A stretch of 64,000 bases of DNA from Alphaproteobacteria bacterium (GTDB lineage Bacteria; Pseudomonadota; Alphaproteobacteria; JAAXGF01): contig CAUVXB020000001.1 in the NCBI GenBank assembly GCA_963555825.3, positions 288,001 through 352,000 of the forward strand, given 5' to 3'. Shown here piece by piece: positions 11,116 through 22,757 of the stretch. A program made the position numbers and the translations under genes. The notes below the pieces were generated by a model. That model was not told where the DNA came from. It did not search any database and saw nothing but the letters and a program-made list of their open reading frames with translations. The number at the start of each line of letters is the position of its first letter. Within the stretch, counting starts at the first letter, position 1.

Positions 11116-12450
11116 TCAGCCGTCGAACCGGTAGACCGTGCGGCCGCCGACCACTGTCCGAAGTGCGCGACCCTGCACCGGTCGCTCGTCGAACGGCGAG
11201 TTCTTCGATTTCGAGTGGAAGGCGTCGACCTCGATCCGCCACGGCGTATCGAGGTCGAAGACGACAAGGTCGGCGGGCGCGCCCACAGCCAACCGACCGA
11301 CCTCGAGCCCGAGCAGCTCGGCGGGGCGCACGGTCATCGCGCGCAGCAGGTCCAGGAGGCCCAGGTGGCCGTTGTGATAAAGCTCGAGCGACAGCGGCAG
11401 CATTGTCTCGAGCCCGACGATGCCGTTGGCCGCATGGGCGAAGGGCAGGCGCTTGCTGTCCTGGTCGTGCGGCGCGTGGTCGGTCGCGATGGCGTCGATG
11501 GTGCCGTCGATCAGCCCCTCGACGATCGCCGCGCGGCTCGTCTCGTCGCGCAGCGGCGGCGCCATCTTGGCGAAGGTGCGATAATCGCCTATCTCGGTCT
11601 CGTTGAGTGCGAAGTGGTGCGGCGCCGCCTCGCAGGTGACCGGCAGGCCGCGCGCCTTGGCGCTGCGCACCGCGTCGACCGCCTCGGCTGTCGAGATATG
11701 GGCGACGTGATAGCGCCCTTGCGTGATGCCGACCAGGGCGATGTCGCGTTCGACGATGACCGTTTCGCTCGCGTTGGGGATGCCGGGCAGGCCGAGCCGC
11801 ATCGAGCTCTCGCCCTCGTTCATGCAGCCCGAGCCCGAGAGGTGCCGGTCCTCGGCGTGCTGGATGATGAGCACGTCGAAGGCGGTCGAATAGCTCAGCG
11901 CGCGGCGCATGACGAGGCTGTTGGAGATCGGCAGCCCGTCGTCCGAGAAGGCGACCGCGCCGGCCTCGCTCAACAGACCCATCTCGGTCAGTTGCTCGCC
12001 GCCGAGGCCTTTGGTCACCGCGGCGATCGAGTGGACCCGGACGATCGAGGTCTCGCGCGCGCGGCGTTCGATGAACTCGACCAGCGCGATGTCGTCGATC
12101 GCCGGGTCGGTGTTGGGCATGCAGGCCATAGTGGTGACGCCGCCGACCGCGGCGGCGCGGCTGCCGGTCGCCAGCGTCTCCTTGTGCTCGTGTCCGGGCT
12201 CGCGCAAGTGCACGTGCATGTCGACCAGACCCGGCGCCAGGCAATGGCCACCGCAATCGACCGTGTCGGTGCCCTCGGGCACGCCGTCGGCGAACAGCCC
12301 AGGCCCCGCCTCGACGATGCGGCGTCCCTCGGTCAACAGCGCGCCCGGCGCGTCGAGGTCGCTCGCCGGGTCCAGGAGCCGTGCGTTGATGTAGGCGACG
12401 CGACCGGGCGGCGGGGCCTTGGGGTCGGGCTGGGCGAGGAATTCGGGCAT
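11116..12450 (-). CDS. pyrC: Dihydroorotase
   Basis: DMHVHLREPG, MPNTDP, IATDHAPH; adjacent to pyrB. Confidence 0.93.
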   Translation of the reverse strand: MPEFLAQPDPKAPPPGRVAYINARLLDPASDLDAPGALLTEGRRIVEAGPGLFADGVPEGTDTVDCGGHCLAPGLVDMHVHLREPGHEHKETLATGSRAAAVGGVTTMACMPNTDPAIDDIALVEFIERRARETSIVRVHSIAAVTKGLGGEQLTEMGLLSEAGAVAFSDDGLPISNSLVMRRALSYSTAFDVLIIQHAEDRHLSGSGCMNEGESSMRLGLPGIPNASETVIVERDIALVGITQGRYHVAHISTAEAVDAVRSAKARGLPVTCEAAPHHFALNETEIGDYRTFAKMAPPLRDETSRAAIVEGLIDGTIDAIATDHAPHDQDSKRLPFAHAANGIVGLETMLPLSLELYHNGHLGLLDLLRAMTVRPAELLGLEVGRLAVGAPADLVVFDLDTPWRIEVDAFHSKSKNSPFDERPVQGRALRTVVGGRTVYRFDG

Positions 12451-12458
12451 TGCCGGCG

Positions 12459-13424
12459 CTACTCGTTGTGGTGCGGGTCGTCGGTGCCCGAACCGAGCAT
12501 CTCGAGGCAGGCCTGGCGCACCGCGACGCCCATCTCGACCTGGTCGAGCACGACCGTGCGCGTGATGTCGTCGGCCAGCGCGCTGTCGATCTCGACGCCG
12601 CGGTTCATCGGCCCGGGGTGCATGATCAACGCGTCGTCCTTGGCCAGCGCGAGCTTGTCGTAATCGAGGCCGTAGAAGTGGAAATACTCGCGCACCGAAG
12701 GCACGTAGCTGCCCTTCATGCGCTCGGTCTGCAGCCTGAGCATCATGATGATGTCGCAGCCGGCCAGGGCCTTGCGCATGTCGGTGTAGACCTCGACGCC
12801 GAGCCGATCGACGGCGACCGGCAACAGCGTCGGCGGCGCGACGAGCCGGACGTGCGCGCCCATCGTCGTCAGGAGGTGGATGTTCGAGCGCGCCACGCGG
12901 CTGTGCAGGATATCGCCGCAGATCGCCACGGTCAGCCCGGCGATGTTGCCGCGCCGGCGGCGGATCGTCAGCGCGTCCAAGAGCGCCTGGGTCGGGTGTT
13001 CGTGGCTGCCGTCGCCGGCGTTGATGACCGCGCAGTTGACCTTTTCGGACAACAGCTTGACCGCGCCGCTCTCGGGGTGGCGCACGACCAGGACGTCGGG
13101 GTGCATGGCGTTCAGCGTCATCGCCGTGTCGATCAGCGTCTCGCCCTTCTTGATCGCCGAGTCCGCGACCGACATGTTGATGACATCGGCGCCGAGCCGC
13201 TTGCCGGCGAGCTCGAACGAGGTGCGCGTGCGCGTCGAGCTTTCGAAGAACAGGTTGATCTGGGTGCGGCCGCGCAGCACGGCGGTCTTCTTGTCGGCGC
13301 GCCGGTTGAGCGCGACGTAGCCGTTGGCGCGGTCGAGCAGCAGGGTGATTTCGCCGGGCGACAGCCCCTCGATACCGAGAAGATGGCGGTGAGGATATTC
13401 GGCTATCGACGGTGCGGCAGTCAT
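12459..13424 (-). CDS. pyrB: Aspartate carbamoyltransferase catalytic subunit
   Basis: [41 protein letters not shown]; start taken at ATG 13424. Confidence 0.95.
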   Translation of the reverse strand: MTAAPSIAEYPHRHLLGIEGLSPGEITLLLDRANGYVALNRRADKKTAVLRGRTQINLFFESSTRTRTSFELAGKRLGADVINMSVADSAIKKGETLIDTAMTLNAMHPDVLVVRHPESGAVKLLSEKVNCAVINAGDGSHEHPTQALLDALTIRRRRGNIAGLTVAICGDILHSRVARSNIHLLTTMGAHVRLVAPPTLLPVAVDRLGVEVYTDMRKALAGCDIIMMLRLQTERMKGSYVPSVREYFHFYGLDYDKLALAKDDALIMHPGPMNRGVEIDSALADDITRTVVLDQVEMGVAVRQACLEMLGSGTDDPHHNE

Positions 13425-13636
13425 TAAAACGTGGTTATACGCGGCCACGGGCCACGACGGCAAGCGGTGCGAACGAAGATCGTCGGTAGGTTCGAAGTTT
13501 TACGACGTCCGAGCGACCTTTTTGTGACCGAGGCATACGCCGCGGCAAATTCGTATTTCGAATTTAGAAGAGGTGGTTCAGCCGCGTTGGATCACACCGG
13601 CTTGATGCTATTCGTTGTACGTACTACATATAATTC

Positions 13637-13918
13637 ATGATCAAGGGCTTCAAGTCGAAGGTGACGGAGGTACTTTTCAACGGCAGAAAGACGGCGAAGC
13701 ATCTGCGACCGATTGCCGAGTTCGCGCTGCGCAAGTCGGATATGATCGACTTTGCCGAGGTTCTCGATGACCTCTGTGTCCCGCCGCGTAACCGGCTCGA
13801 AGCGCTCAAGGGCGACCGCCAGTGGCAGCACAGCATCCGCATCAACGACCGGTGGCGGGTCTGCTTCGTCTGGCGCGACGATGGCGCCGACGACGTAGAG
13901 ATTGTCGACTACCACTGA
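13637..13918 (+). CDS. higB: HigB (RelE/ParE-superfamily) toxin
   Basis: MIKGF...PPRNRLEALKGDRQWQHSIRINDRWRVCFVW...VEIVDYH; toxin-first order. Confidence 0.9.
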   Translation: MIKGFKSKVTEVLFNGRKTAKHLRPIAEFALRKSDMIDFAEVLDDLCVPPRNRLEALKGDRQWQHSIRINDRWRVCFVWRDDGADDVEIVDYH

Positions 13919-13932
13919 TGAGGGAGAACGTC

Positions 13933-14220
13933 ATGCGCATTAGGACATCGCCGGGAGATATCCTGCGGGAGGAATTCATGAAGCCGCTCGGCCTGAGCGG
14001 AAACGAGCTCGCCCGGCAGCTCAAGGTGCCGGCAAACCGGATCAACGACATCGTGCGCGACCGTCGCGAGATCAGCGCCGACACCGCGCTGCGACTGGCG
14101 CGCTACTTCGGCACGACCGCGCGCTTCTGGCTCAATGCCCAGGCTGCCTACGCCCTATCCAAGGCCGAGGCGGAGGTCGGCGACAAGATCGCGTCGCAGG
14201 TGCGGCCGCGCGCGGCGTGA
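13933..14220 (+). CDS. higA: HigA antitoxin (Xre HTH)
   Basis: PGDILREEFMKPLGLS...ISADTALRLARYFGTTARFWLNAQ; RBS AGGGAG upstream. Confidence 0.9.
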   Translation: MRIRTSPGDILREEFMKPLGLSGNELARQLKVPANRINDIVRDRREISADTALRLARYFGTTARFWLNAQAAYALSKAEAEVGDKIASQVRPRAA

Positions 14221-14357
14221 TGTGCGGCCCGGCCGCGTCGACCCGCGAAAGCAGATGAGTCTGCTCGTACGCCATAAGAGATGACGAAACTCTCTCGAAT
14301 CGACGTGAAGTGTAGGGAGCGGTTCGCCGTCTACCCAGGTCACGGGAGGGATCGGCC

Positions 14358-16691
14358 ATGAAGGCCACTGACGTCGCACTCGCCGTATTGGTCGCCGCGA
14401 TCTGGGGCTTCGCATTCGTGGCGACCAAGATCGGCCTCGAAAGCTTCACGCCGACGCAACTGACTGCGATTCGATTCCTCGTCGCCTGTCTGCCGATCTT
14501 GTTCGTTGCGCGGCCGAGCGTCTCGTGGATGTGGTTGATCGGTATCGGGCTGGTCCTGTTTGCCGGGCAGTTCCTGCTTCTTTTCTTCGGCATGGTGCAT
14601 GGCATGCCGCCGGGCATTGCGTCGGTGACGATGCAGACGCAGGCGTTTTTCACGATTCTGATCGCGGCTCTGATACTGCGCGATGTCCCTACCGCCAAGC
14701 AGCTCGTGGGCATCGGCATATCCTTTGTGGGTCTCGTCCTGATCGGTCTTAGCGTTGGCGCCGATCTCACCTATCTGGGTCTCGGACTGACCCTAGGAGG
14801 GGCTTTGAGCTGGGCTGTTGGCAATGTGCTCGTCAAACGCATCGGCAACGTCGACATGCTGTCGCTGGTGGTCTGGGCGAGTCTCGTCCCGCCACTGCCC
14901 GTGCTCGCGGTCTCGGCGTTGATCGACGATCAGGCATCGCTGGTCACGGCGGTGGCGAACGCATCCTGGATGAGCATTTGGTCAGCCCTCTACTTGGTGA
15001 GTCGGACCCGATTTCCTTGGACACAGAATTGGCTTAATCGAAGTGTCCAAGGAGGACCGGAACATGACCGACAATTTTGAGAACAAAGTTGCTGTTGATG
15101 GGCCTGTGGTAAACGAGGGCGAGCTTGGCTCGTCCACGTTTTCCCCGGGCCAGGTTTCGCCGGCAGGCCCGCTGGGACTTGGCCAGCGGTGGACGGTGAC
15201 GCGCAAGCGTGAGGTTGCCCTGCGGCTTTTGCGTGGCGAGCCGGTGGAACTTTTGTCGCGGCAGTTGGGCGTGGAGATTTTCCGGCTCGAGCAGTGGCGT
15301 GAGAAGGCGATCGCCGGGATCGATGCCTCGCTCAAGGAACGCAAGGGCGATCCGGTGAAGGCGGAACTGGACATCGCCATGAAGCGGATCGGGGAGTTGA
15401 TCATGCAGGTGGAACTGCTGGAGGCCAAGACGGAGACGTCCGGCCCTTTGGGGCGGCGGAGGTCGCGGCGATGAGTGCCGCCACCTCTCCCGGCACGGGT
15501 TTGGCCTACGGCCTCCAGCGGGTCTGTGCGGCCTGGGGTTTTGCCCGTTCCTCGTTCTACGCCATGAAATCCCGGCAGCAGGCCACCGCTGAGCGCCCAC
15601 CAGCAAAGCGCCGGGGACCGAAGCCCTCGATCTCGGACGAGGCTCTGCTGGTGGCCATCGAGGCCGACCTGGAGGCATCCCCCTGGGAGGGCGAGGGACA
15701 CCGCAAGGTCTGGGCTCGGCTTCGGGTCTGTCGTGGCATCCGTGTTTCCCGCAAGCGGGGGCTCCGGGTGATGCGCGAGAACAACCTGCTCTCGCCCCAT
15801 CGCTGCCGCCGCCGTGGCGGAAATCCCCATGTCGGTGAGATCATCACCCATGCCCCCAACCTCATGTGGGGCACGGACGGCGTTCGGGTGTTCACGGTGG
15901 ACGACGGCTGGGGCTGGATATTCACCGCCATCGAGCATTGGAACGCCGAGTGCGTCGGCTGGCATGTGTGCAAGCGAGGCGACCGCTTCGCCGCCCTTCA
16001 GCCGATCTCCATGGGGCTTGCGAGGCTGTATGCCTCGACCTCCGCCGGTGCGGCGCGGGGGCTGGCCTTGCGGATGGATCACGGCTCCCAGTATCTGTCG
16101 GACCACTTCACCAACCAGATCAAGTTCTGGGGCATCCAGCCGTCCTACGCCTTCGTCGAACAGCCCCAGACCAACGGCGTCGCCGAGAGGTTCAATCGCA
16201 CGCTCAAGGAACAGATCATCCATGGCCGCATCTACCGCAACATCGCGGAGCTGCGGAACGCCGTCCGCGGGTTCGTCGAACAGTACAATGCCCAGTGGAT
16301 CGTGGAGAAGAACGGCTACCTGAGCCCCGCTCAAGCTCGTCAGGCGTGGCACACCGCGATGTCACTCAGGCCCGCCGCATGAGACAAACTTGTGTCCAAG
16401 GAACCGGGTGCGATACAAGCCCTCTACTTGGGCCTCGTTGCAACGGTCTTCGCCTATGCAATTTGGGGAAAACTGTTGCGCGATTACTCGACGGCGCTCG
16501 TCGTGCCCTTTGCGCTCTTGGCGCCCTGCACCGGGGCGGTCTTCTCGGCGATCGTATTCGGCGAGCGGTTCGGCATGTTGCGATCCGCCGGCATGGGCCT
16601 GATCCTCATCGGTTTGGCACTGACCGTCGTCTCGCCGAAAACGCTCGCTTTCGTACGAGCCGCCGTTCGGCGTCGCCGGTCTGGCCATTAA
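14358..16691 (+). pseudogene. EamA/DMT-family transporter split by an IS
   Basis: Multi-TM N-part (IWGFAFVATKIG) rejoins ALYLGLVATVFAYAIWGKLL in frame after removing 14998-16417 and one 14-bp duplication. Confidence 0.9.
14998..16417 (+). mobile_element. IS3/IS481-like DDE element; orfA 15064-15474, orfB 15471-16382
   Basis: TG...CA ends with IRs around CCTTGGACACA / TGTGTCCAAGG; integrase-core motifs WGTDG, DHGSQY, PQTNGVAERFNRTLKE; 14-bp flanking direct repeat. Confidence 0.88.
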
Positions 16692-16692
16692 A

Positions 16693-16723
16693 GTCGGCGC
16701 CGGGCGGGGTTCGCCGCGCCGAC
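16693..16723. terminator. GC-rich hairpin between eamA and the orphan TPP-gene 3' end
   Basis: GTCGGCGC...GCGCCGAC stem between two convergent stop codons; no clear U-tract. Confidence 0.4.
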
Positions 16724-16729
16724 ATCGGT

Positions 16730-16899
16730 CTCACATATACCGCCCATACGCCGCCGGATCGATGCGTGCGGCGATCAGGGTGAAGCGCTCGGCGGCGAGC
16801 GCGGCCTCGACCGCGGCGCGGGTCGCGTCGCGCGACTCGACGACGATGCCGTGGCCGCCCATCGCCTGGGCGAGCGCGACCCAGTCGGTCTCGACGAAG
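16730..16899 (-). repeat. Orphan 170-bp copy of the TPP-enzyme 3' end (direct repeat of 27134-27303)
   Basis: Ungapped alignment at offset 10404 with a handful of substitutions; encodes ETDWVALAQAMGGHG...DPAAYGRYM*. Confidence 0.93.
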
Positions 16900-17009
16900 A
16901 GGCCAGGTCGCGATGCAAACTGCCGGTTGAGGACAGAACTCGCCCGCGACCGCGATATTTGCTACTCTACCGGTGCCCCCAAGTGGTGATCCGGAGAAAT
17001 CACACTTAG

Positions 17010-18651
17010 CCGACATTCCCCATATACCATCCAAATTCGTGGAAATCGTAGCACTTTCCCACCGCCAAGGGAACTGTATCCCCTATGCAGCCATCCGATG
17101 GCATGATTTTGGTAATCGGCCCGCGCTTGGAAGGCCACTCGGTCATTTTTCTCGCCATCCAGACACACCTCTCCTGTCGCTTTCTCCTCGCCGTCGATTC
17201 CCTCGGCCTACGCCGGAGCGGGTCTTCGTCGCAGATCATCAATCAAGCTCAGGATTTTCCGGAACAGGTCCCTCGGCACCGCCACCTCAGCCAATTGGAA
17301 CGTAACGTAGCGGCCATGTCGGACAACCTTGGCCCCGATCTTCACCAGCTTGTCGCGCAACGTCGTCATCGACCAGTGCTCCACCTCCTTCGGCAAAGCC
17401 AGTGTCCTCATGAAGTTGCCCAGATTGTAGGCCAGGGCGTGAAGCTGGAGCCGAACGGCATTGTTGCGGAACTTGCGACATGACAGACGGGTCCAGTTGA
17501 TGGCGTTCTTGCCTTCCTTGATGTGCTGCTCCGCCGTGCCACGGTGATTATAGAACGCCACCACCCGCTTGGTAGGGCGCGACAGATTAGTGACGATGAA
17601 ACCGACGCGAGGAACCAGCTCGCCGGGGTGCCACTCCACTTTGGCCACGACACGGCGCTTCTTGTTCCACGATCCGGCCTGATAGCTGAAGCTGGCGTGG
17701 AAACGGCGAACATGGTCGGGCGGGCGACCGACAGGTCGCGTAAGCAGATGGGCAATGTTCCGCTGGAGAATCGCGTTCGCTTTGAGGCGGATGACGTAGA
17801 GTAATCCCTCGGCTTCGAGATATTCGTATATCTCCGGTGAGGCGAAGGCGGCATCGCCACGAAAATACAGCCGCACCTTCCTTTCCTTATAGCGCATCAC
17901 CACCGGCTCCAGAACATTCCGCCATCCGTCGGCACTGTGAACATTACCGGGGCGCAGGGAACATCTCTCCAAGTCGCCGAACTGGTTGAACAGGAATAGC
18001 GGATGCTAGCAGGTACAGCCGAAGTGACCATTGTACGCTGTTCCCTCTTGTTCGCCATGGGTCGGGCTGACGCTGCTGTCCATGTCGAGAATGATCATCT
18101 TCGGCGGATGGCGGTCATGAACCTTGTCGATCCACACCCCGTTCATGTCGACCAAGGCTTCAACGTTCTCGTCGGTGGCCAATAGCTCCGTCTCGAAGCG
18201 TCCCATCTGGCTGGTGGAAGCGGCCTGTCTTTCGATGGCCTTGCCGCCAACAATCCAGCGCATGGCGGGATCGCGTCCCAGACGGTCGGCGTCGTTCACA
18301 TCGTCATAGCCGCCAAGGCGCCCGAAAACGGACTGGCGAAACTGACCCGTCATGCCGTGCCATCCGTTCTTGCCGGTACGGCTATCCTGGAAAACACCCT
18401 CGGCCATCTCAGTCAGGCCGAGGGCATCGTCAAGCTCCCGGTAGGCGAGCAACCCGGCATCAGAGGTGATCTTGGAACCGTGGAATTCAAGCTTCAATCG
18501 ACGGTCAAAAACGACCCGAAGGCACCCCGGTTTCGATTCACCCATCGGGTGTGCCATATCCGCCGCTCCATGTATGCTACAACTTCATGATTCTTATAGC
18601 AGAATCGCCTTCTCGCCGCACTGAATATCGACGATACTTGGGAAATGCGGG
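17010..18651 (-). mobile_element. IS1380-family element, copy 1; transposase 18557-17208 with an internal TAG
   Basis: Ends CCGACATTCCC / GGGAAATGCGGG, 5-bp duplication CTTAG, motifs ITSDAGLL, LDMDSS, FRGDAAF, YNHRGTAEQHIKEGK. Confidence 0.93.
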
Positions 18652-19096
18652 CTTAGTAAACTGGCATATGGGAAATGTTGAAAAATTTTTGCCGGACTGC
18701 GTTTAAAAGGAGAGCGAAGATGGAGGATCATTCTCTATCAGGACAAACTTGGGTCATTTTTGCGCTGACTGCCGTGACGATAATCTTAGGCGCGGTTGTC
18801 TTTTACCTGTGGTTGCGAAGGCGCCGATTCACCCGGCAGAGGTATGCTTTTTTTGCGGCGTTGGCCATCGCATCAATTGTTTCGTTGGTGATAACCAGCA
18901 TTACTTCACAGAATCCTTGGTACGCCGTCGCATCAGTTCTCTCTTACTCATTCGGAATAACTAATCCACTTTCGGACTCTAATCATTGGGCAGAGAACGT
19001 TCTGGTATTAGTTATGGGGGTTGCGGGTTGTTATCTCATCTATAAGATATTTGCCATTTGGGATGGTGGGCAGACTGAGAGCGGCTACAAGTTAAG

Positions 19097-20738
19097 CCCG
19101 CATTTCCCAAGTATCGTCGATATTCAGTGCGGCGAGAAGGCGATTCTGCTATAAGAATCATGAAGTTGTAGCATACATGGAGCGGCGGATATGGCACACC
19201 CGATGGGTGAATCGAAACCGGGGTGCCTTCGGGTCGTTTTTGACCGTCGATTGAAGCTTGAATTCCACGGTTCCAAGATCACCTCTGATGCCGGGTTGCT
19301 CGCCTACCGGGAGCTTGACGATGCCCTCGGCCTGACTGAGATGGCCGAGGGTGTTTTCCAGGATAGCCGTACCGGCAAGAACGGATGGCACGGCATGACG
19401 GGTCAGTTTCGCCAGTCCGTTTTCGGGCGCCTTGGCGGCTATGACGATGTGAACGACGCCGACCGTCTGGGACGCGATCCCGCCATGCGCTGGATTGTTG
19501 GCGGCAAGGCCATCGAAAGACAGGCCGCTTCCACCAGCCAGATGGGACGCTTCGAGACGGAGCTATTGGCCACCGACGAGAACGTTGAAGCCTTGGTCGA
19601 CATGAACGGGGTGTGGATCGACAAGGTTCATGACCGCCATCCGCCGAAGATGATCATTCTCGACATGGACAGCAGCGTCAGCCCGACCCATGGCGAACAA
19701 GAGGGAACAGCGTACAATGGTCACTTCGGCTGTACCTGCTAGCATCCGCTATTCCTGTTCAACCAGTTCGGCGACTTGGAGAGATGTTCCCTGCGCCCCG
19801 GTAATGTTCACAGTGCCGACGGATGGCGGAATGTTCTGGAGCCGGTGGTGATGCGCTATAAGGAAAGGAAGGTGCGGCTGTATTTTCGTGGCGATGCCGC
19901 CTTCGCCTCACCGGAGATATACGAATATCTCGAAGCCGAGGGATTACTCTACGTCATCCGCCTCAAAGCGAACGCGATTCTCCAGCGGAACATTGCCCAT
20001 CTGCTTACGCGACCTGTCGGTCGCCCGCCCGACCATGTTCGCCGTTTCCACGCCAGCTTCAGCTATCAGGCCGGATCGTGGAACAAGAAGCGCCGTGTCG
20101 TGGCCAAAGTGGAGTGGCACCCCGGCGAGCTGGTTCCTCGCGTCGGTTTCATCGTCACTAATCTGTCGCGCCCTACCAAGCGGGTGGTGGCGTTCTATAA
20201 TCACCGTGGCACGGCGGAGCAGCACATCAAGGAAGGCAAGAACGCCATCAACTGGACCCGTCTGTCATGTCGCAAGTTCCGCAACAATGCCGTTCGGCTC
20301 CAGCTTCACGCCCTGGCCTACAATCTGGGCAACTTCATGAGGACACTGGCTTTGCCGAAGGAGGTGGAGCACTGGTCGATGACGACGTTGCGCGACAAGC
20401 TGGTGAAGATCGGGGCCAAGGTTGTCCGACATGGCCGCTACGTTACGTTCCAATTGGCTGAGGTGGCGGTGCCGAGGGACCTGTTCCGGAAAATCCTGAG
20501 CTTGATTGATGATCTGCGACGAAGACCCGCTCCGGCGTAGGCCGAGGGAATCGACGGCGAGGAGAAAGCGACAGGAGAGGTGTGTCTGGATGGCGAGAAA
20601 AATGACCGAGTGGCCTTCCAAGCGCGGGCCGATTACCAAAATCATGCCATCGGATGGCTGCATAGGGGATACAGTTCCCTTGGCGGTGGGAAAGTGGTAC
20701 GATTTCCACGAATTTGGATGGTATATGGGGAATGTCGG
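19097..20738 (+). mobile_element. IS1380-family element, copy 2 (same internal TAG; flanks do not match)
   Basis: Near-identical inverted copy of 17010-18651; flanks are TTAAG and TTTAT. Confidence 0.93.
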
Positions 20739-21264
20739 TTTATACAACATCAGCCAAATTTGGGAGGACTTGGGTGCCGAGGACCGAAGGGAAAAAATCA
20801 CATCCGCCCTCGTCGTTGGCAGATTTCTAGAAAGCAGTTATCGGCGCCAAACGTTAAAGGCATCGAAATATCAAGAACAGGCGAGTATACAAACAGACCA
20901 ATTAAAGGCAGAGTTCATGGCCTTGTCGGAAGCGGAGCGTGCGTATTTCATGGAAGGTATCGCTGTCCACATGGCCGCCCGAAATTACCCTAACCAAATT
21001 TCCGGGCGTGAGTTAAACAATACGATTGAACAGCTGTTAGAGACCATCCCAGAGGGTGTTCCAGCGAAAGATACAATCATTCAAATGGGCAACAGGGCGC
21101 CGTTGAGGATGCGAATTCAGGACAATCCCGATGGCCCGAACCTCTTGAAATTGAACATCCGTACTTATGGAGTTTTGGTGGATGACCCCAGCCGGCACGG
21201 GGCGTTCCAGTTCGCCCATAAGTCGTTTTTTGAATATCTCGTGGGGGCCTACTACGCTTCAAAG

Positions 21265-22449
21265 CTAGTGTCCCGATTCCGAAGTTCGCATGATTTTCGC
21301 CTGCTGTTCAGCGATTTCGATTGTTCGGAGGCAGAAGCGCTGGATGGCGCCGAGGATGTCATCGGCGGATTTGGTCCATTTGAAGGGTTTGGGGTTCTGG
21401 TTTGTCGTGTCGATGTAGTCGAGGATGGTGCGCTCCAACTCCTTGGTGGAGCGATGGACGCCGCGCCTGATCTGCTTGTCGGTCAGCAGCCCGAACCAGC
21501 GCTCGACCTGGTTCAGCCAGGAGGCGCTGGTGGGTGTGAAATGGGCCTGCCAGCGCGGCCGTTTGGCGAACCAGTCGCGGATCGCCTTGGTCTTGTGGGT
21601 CCCGTAGTTGTCCATGACGATGTGGATGTCGAGATCAGCAGGGACGTTCGCCTCGACGAGGTCGAGGAATTTGCGGAACTCTCGGGCCCGATGGCGCGGG
21701 AAACATTTGCCGATGATCTCTCCCGTGGCGATGTCGAGGGCCGCGAAGAGAGAGGTCGTGCCGTGGCGCTTGTAGTCGTGGCTGCGCCGCTCCGCCTGCC
21801 CGGGGCGCATCGGCAAGAGGGGCTGGGAACGGTCCAGGGCCTGGATCTGGCTCTTTTCGTCGACACAGAGAACCAGGGCACGATCCGGCGGCGCCAAATA
21901 CAGACCGACGATGTCGCGGACCTTCTCCACGAAGAAGGGATCGCTCGACAGCTTGAAGGTCTCCGAGCGATGCGGCTGCAAGCCGAAGGCCCGCCAGATG
22001 CGATGAATGGTCGAGGGCGCGTGGCCGCTCGCCCGCGCCATCGAGCGAAGGCTCCAATGGGTCGCGTCCGGCGGCGTCTCTTCCAGCGTCAGCCGGACCG
22101 CTTCCGCGATGGCGTCATCGCCGATTTGACGCGGCGCGCCGGGGCGGGGTTCGTCGTACAGACCGTCGAGGCCCTCCGCCGCATAGCGGCGACGCCACTT
22201 GCCCACGGTGTCCGCGCTCGCCTCGAGACGAACGGCGATCTCCTTGTTCTCCAACCCTTCCGCCGCCGCCAAGACGATCCGAGCCCGCCGCGCAAGCCCC
22301 TGCGACGTCTTGCGACGACGAGACAGCGCCTCCAATTCGGCGCGCTCGTCATCGCTCAAAGAGATCGTCACCGCCACTCTCGCCATCAATCGCGCCTCCT
22401 AAAAACAAATAGAGACATAATCATATCAATTTATCGATCAGGACACTAG
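21265..22449 (-). mobile_element. IS630-family element type A (CTAG target); intact transposase 22389-21265
   Basis: CTAG at both ends; [37 protein letters not shown]. Confidence 0.93.
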
Positions 22450-22757
22450 GGGTTAGCGACCCCGCGGCGGTCATCGCGAAGAACTATGGGTCGGCACCCT
22501 GTTTTGACACCATCCTCGAAAATCGAGAAATATTCTGGATGACGGCGGATATATTATTTGGCTCGTTTGCTGTGAAACACTCGACAATTACTGATGAGCT
22601 TATCTTCAGGCAGTTGGGAATCTCTGGTACATATGGAATATTGAGCAAATCAAGTCGACTGCCAATCTACGGTGTACTCATTAACTTTTTCTTGTCCGCT
22701 CTTGTTGAAGTAGGTAAGCATTCTCCTGATCCGGTAATTCGTTACATGCCTATATTA

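Noticed and set aside
4306-13427. Many long antisense or alternate-frame ORFs over the housekeeping genes (e.g. 10555-12663, 8044-9318)
   Set aside because: Expected in high-GC DNA; low-complexity Arg/Ala/Gly translations. The same applies at 27-49 kb.
13547-13565. Palindrome AAATTCG-N5-CGAATTT between pyrB and higB
   Set aside because: Single instance; cannot be assigned to a regulator.
17010-20738. Inverted IS1380 pair as a composite transposon
   Set aside because: Copy 1 has its own CTTAG duplication and the outer flanks do not match, so these are independent insertions.
20506-22449. 647-aa ORF as a novel fusion protein
   Set aside because: Chimera of the IS1380 end, a NACHT fragment and the antisense of the IS630 transposase.
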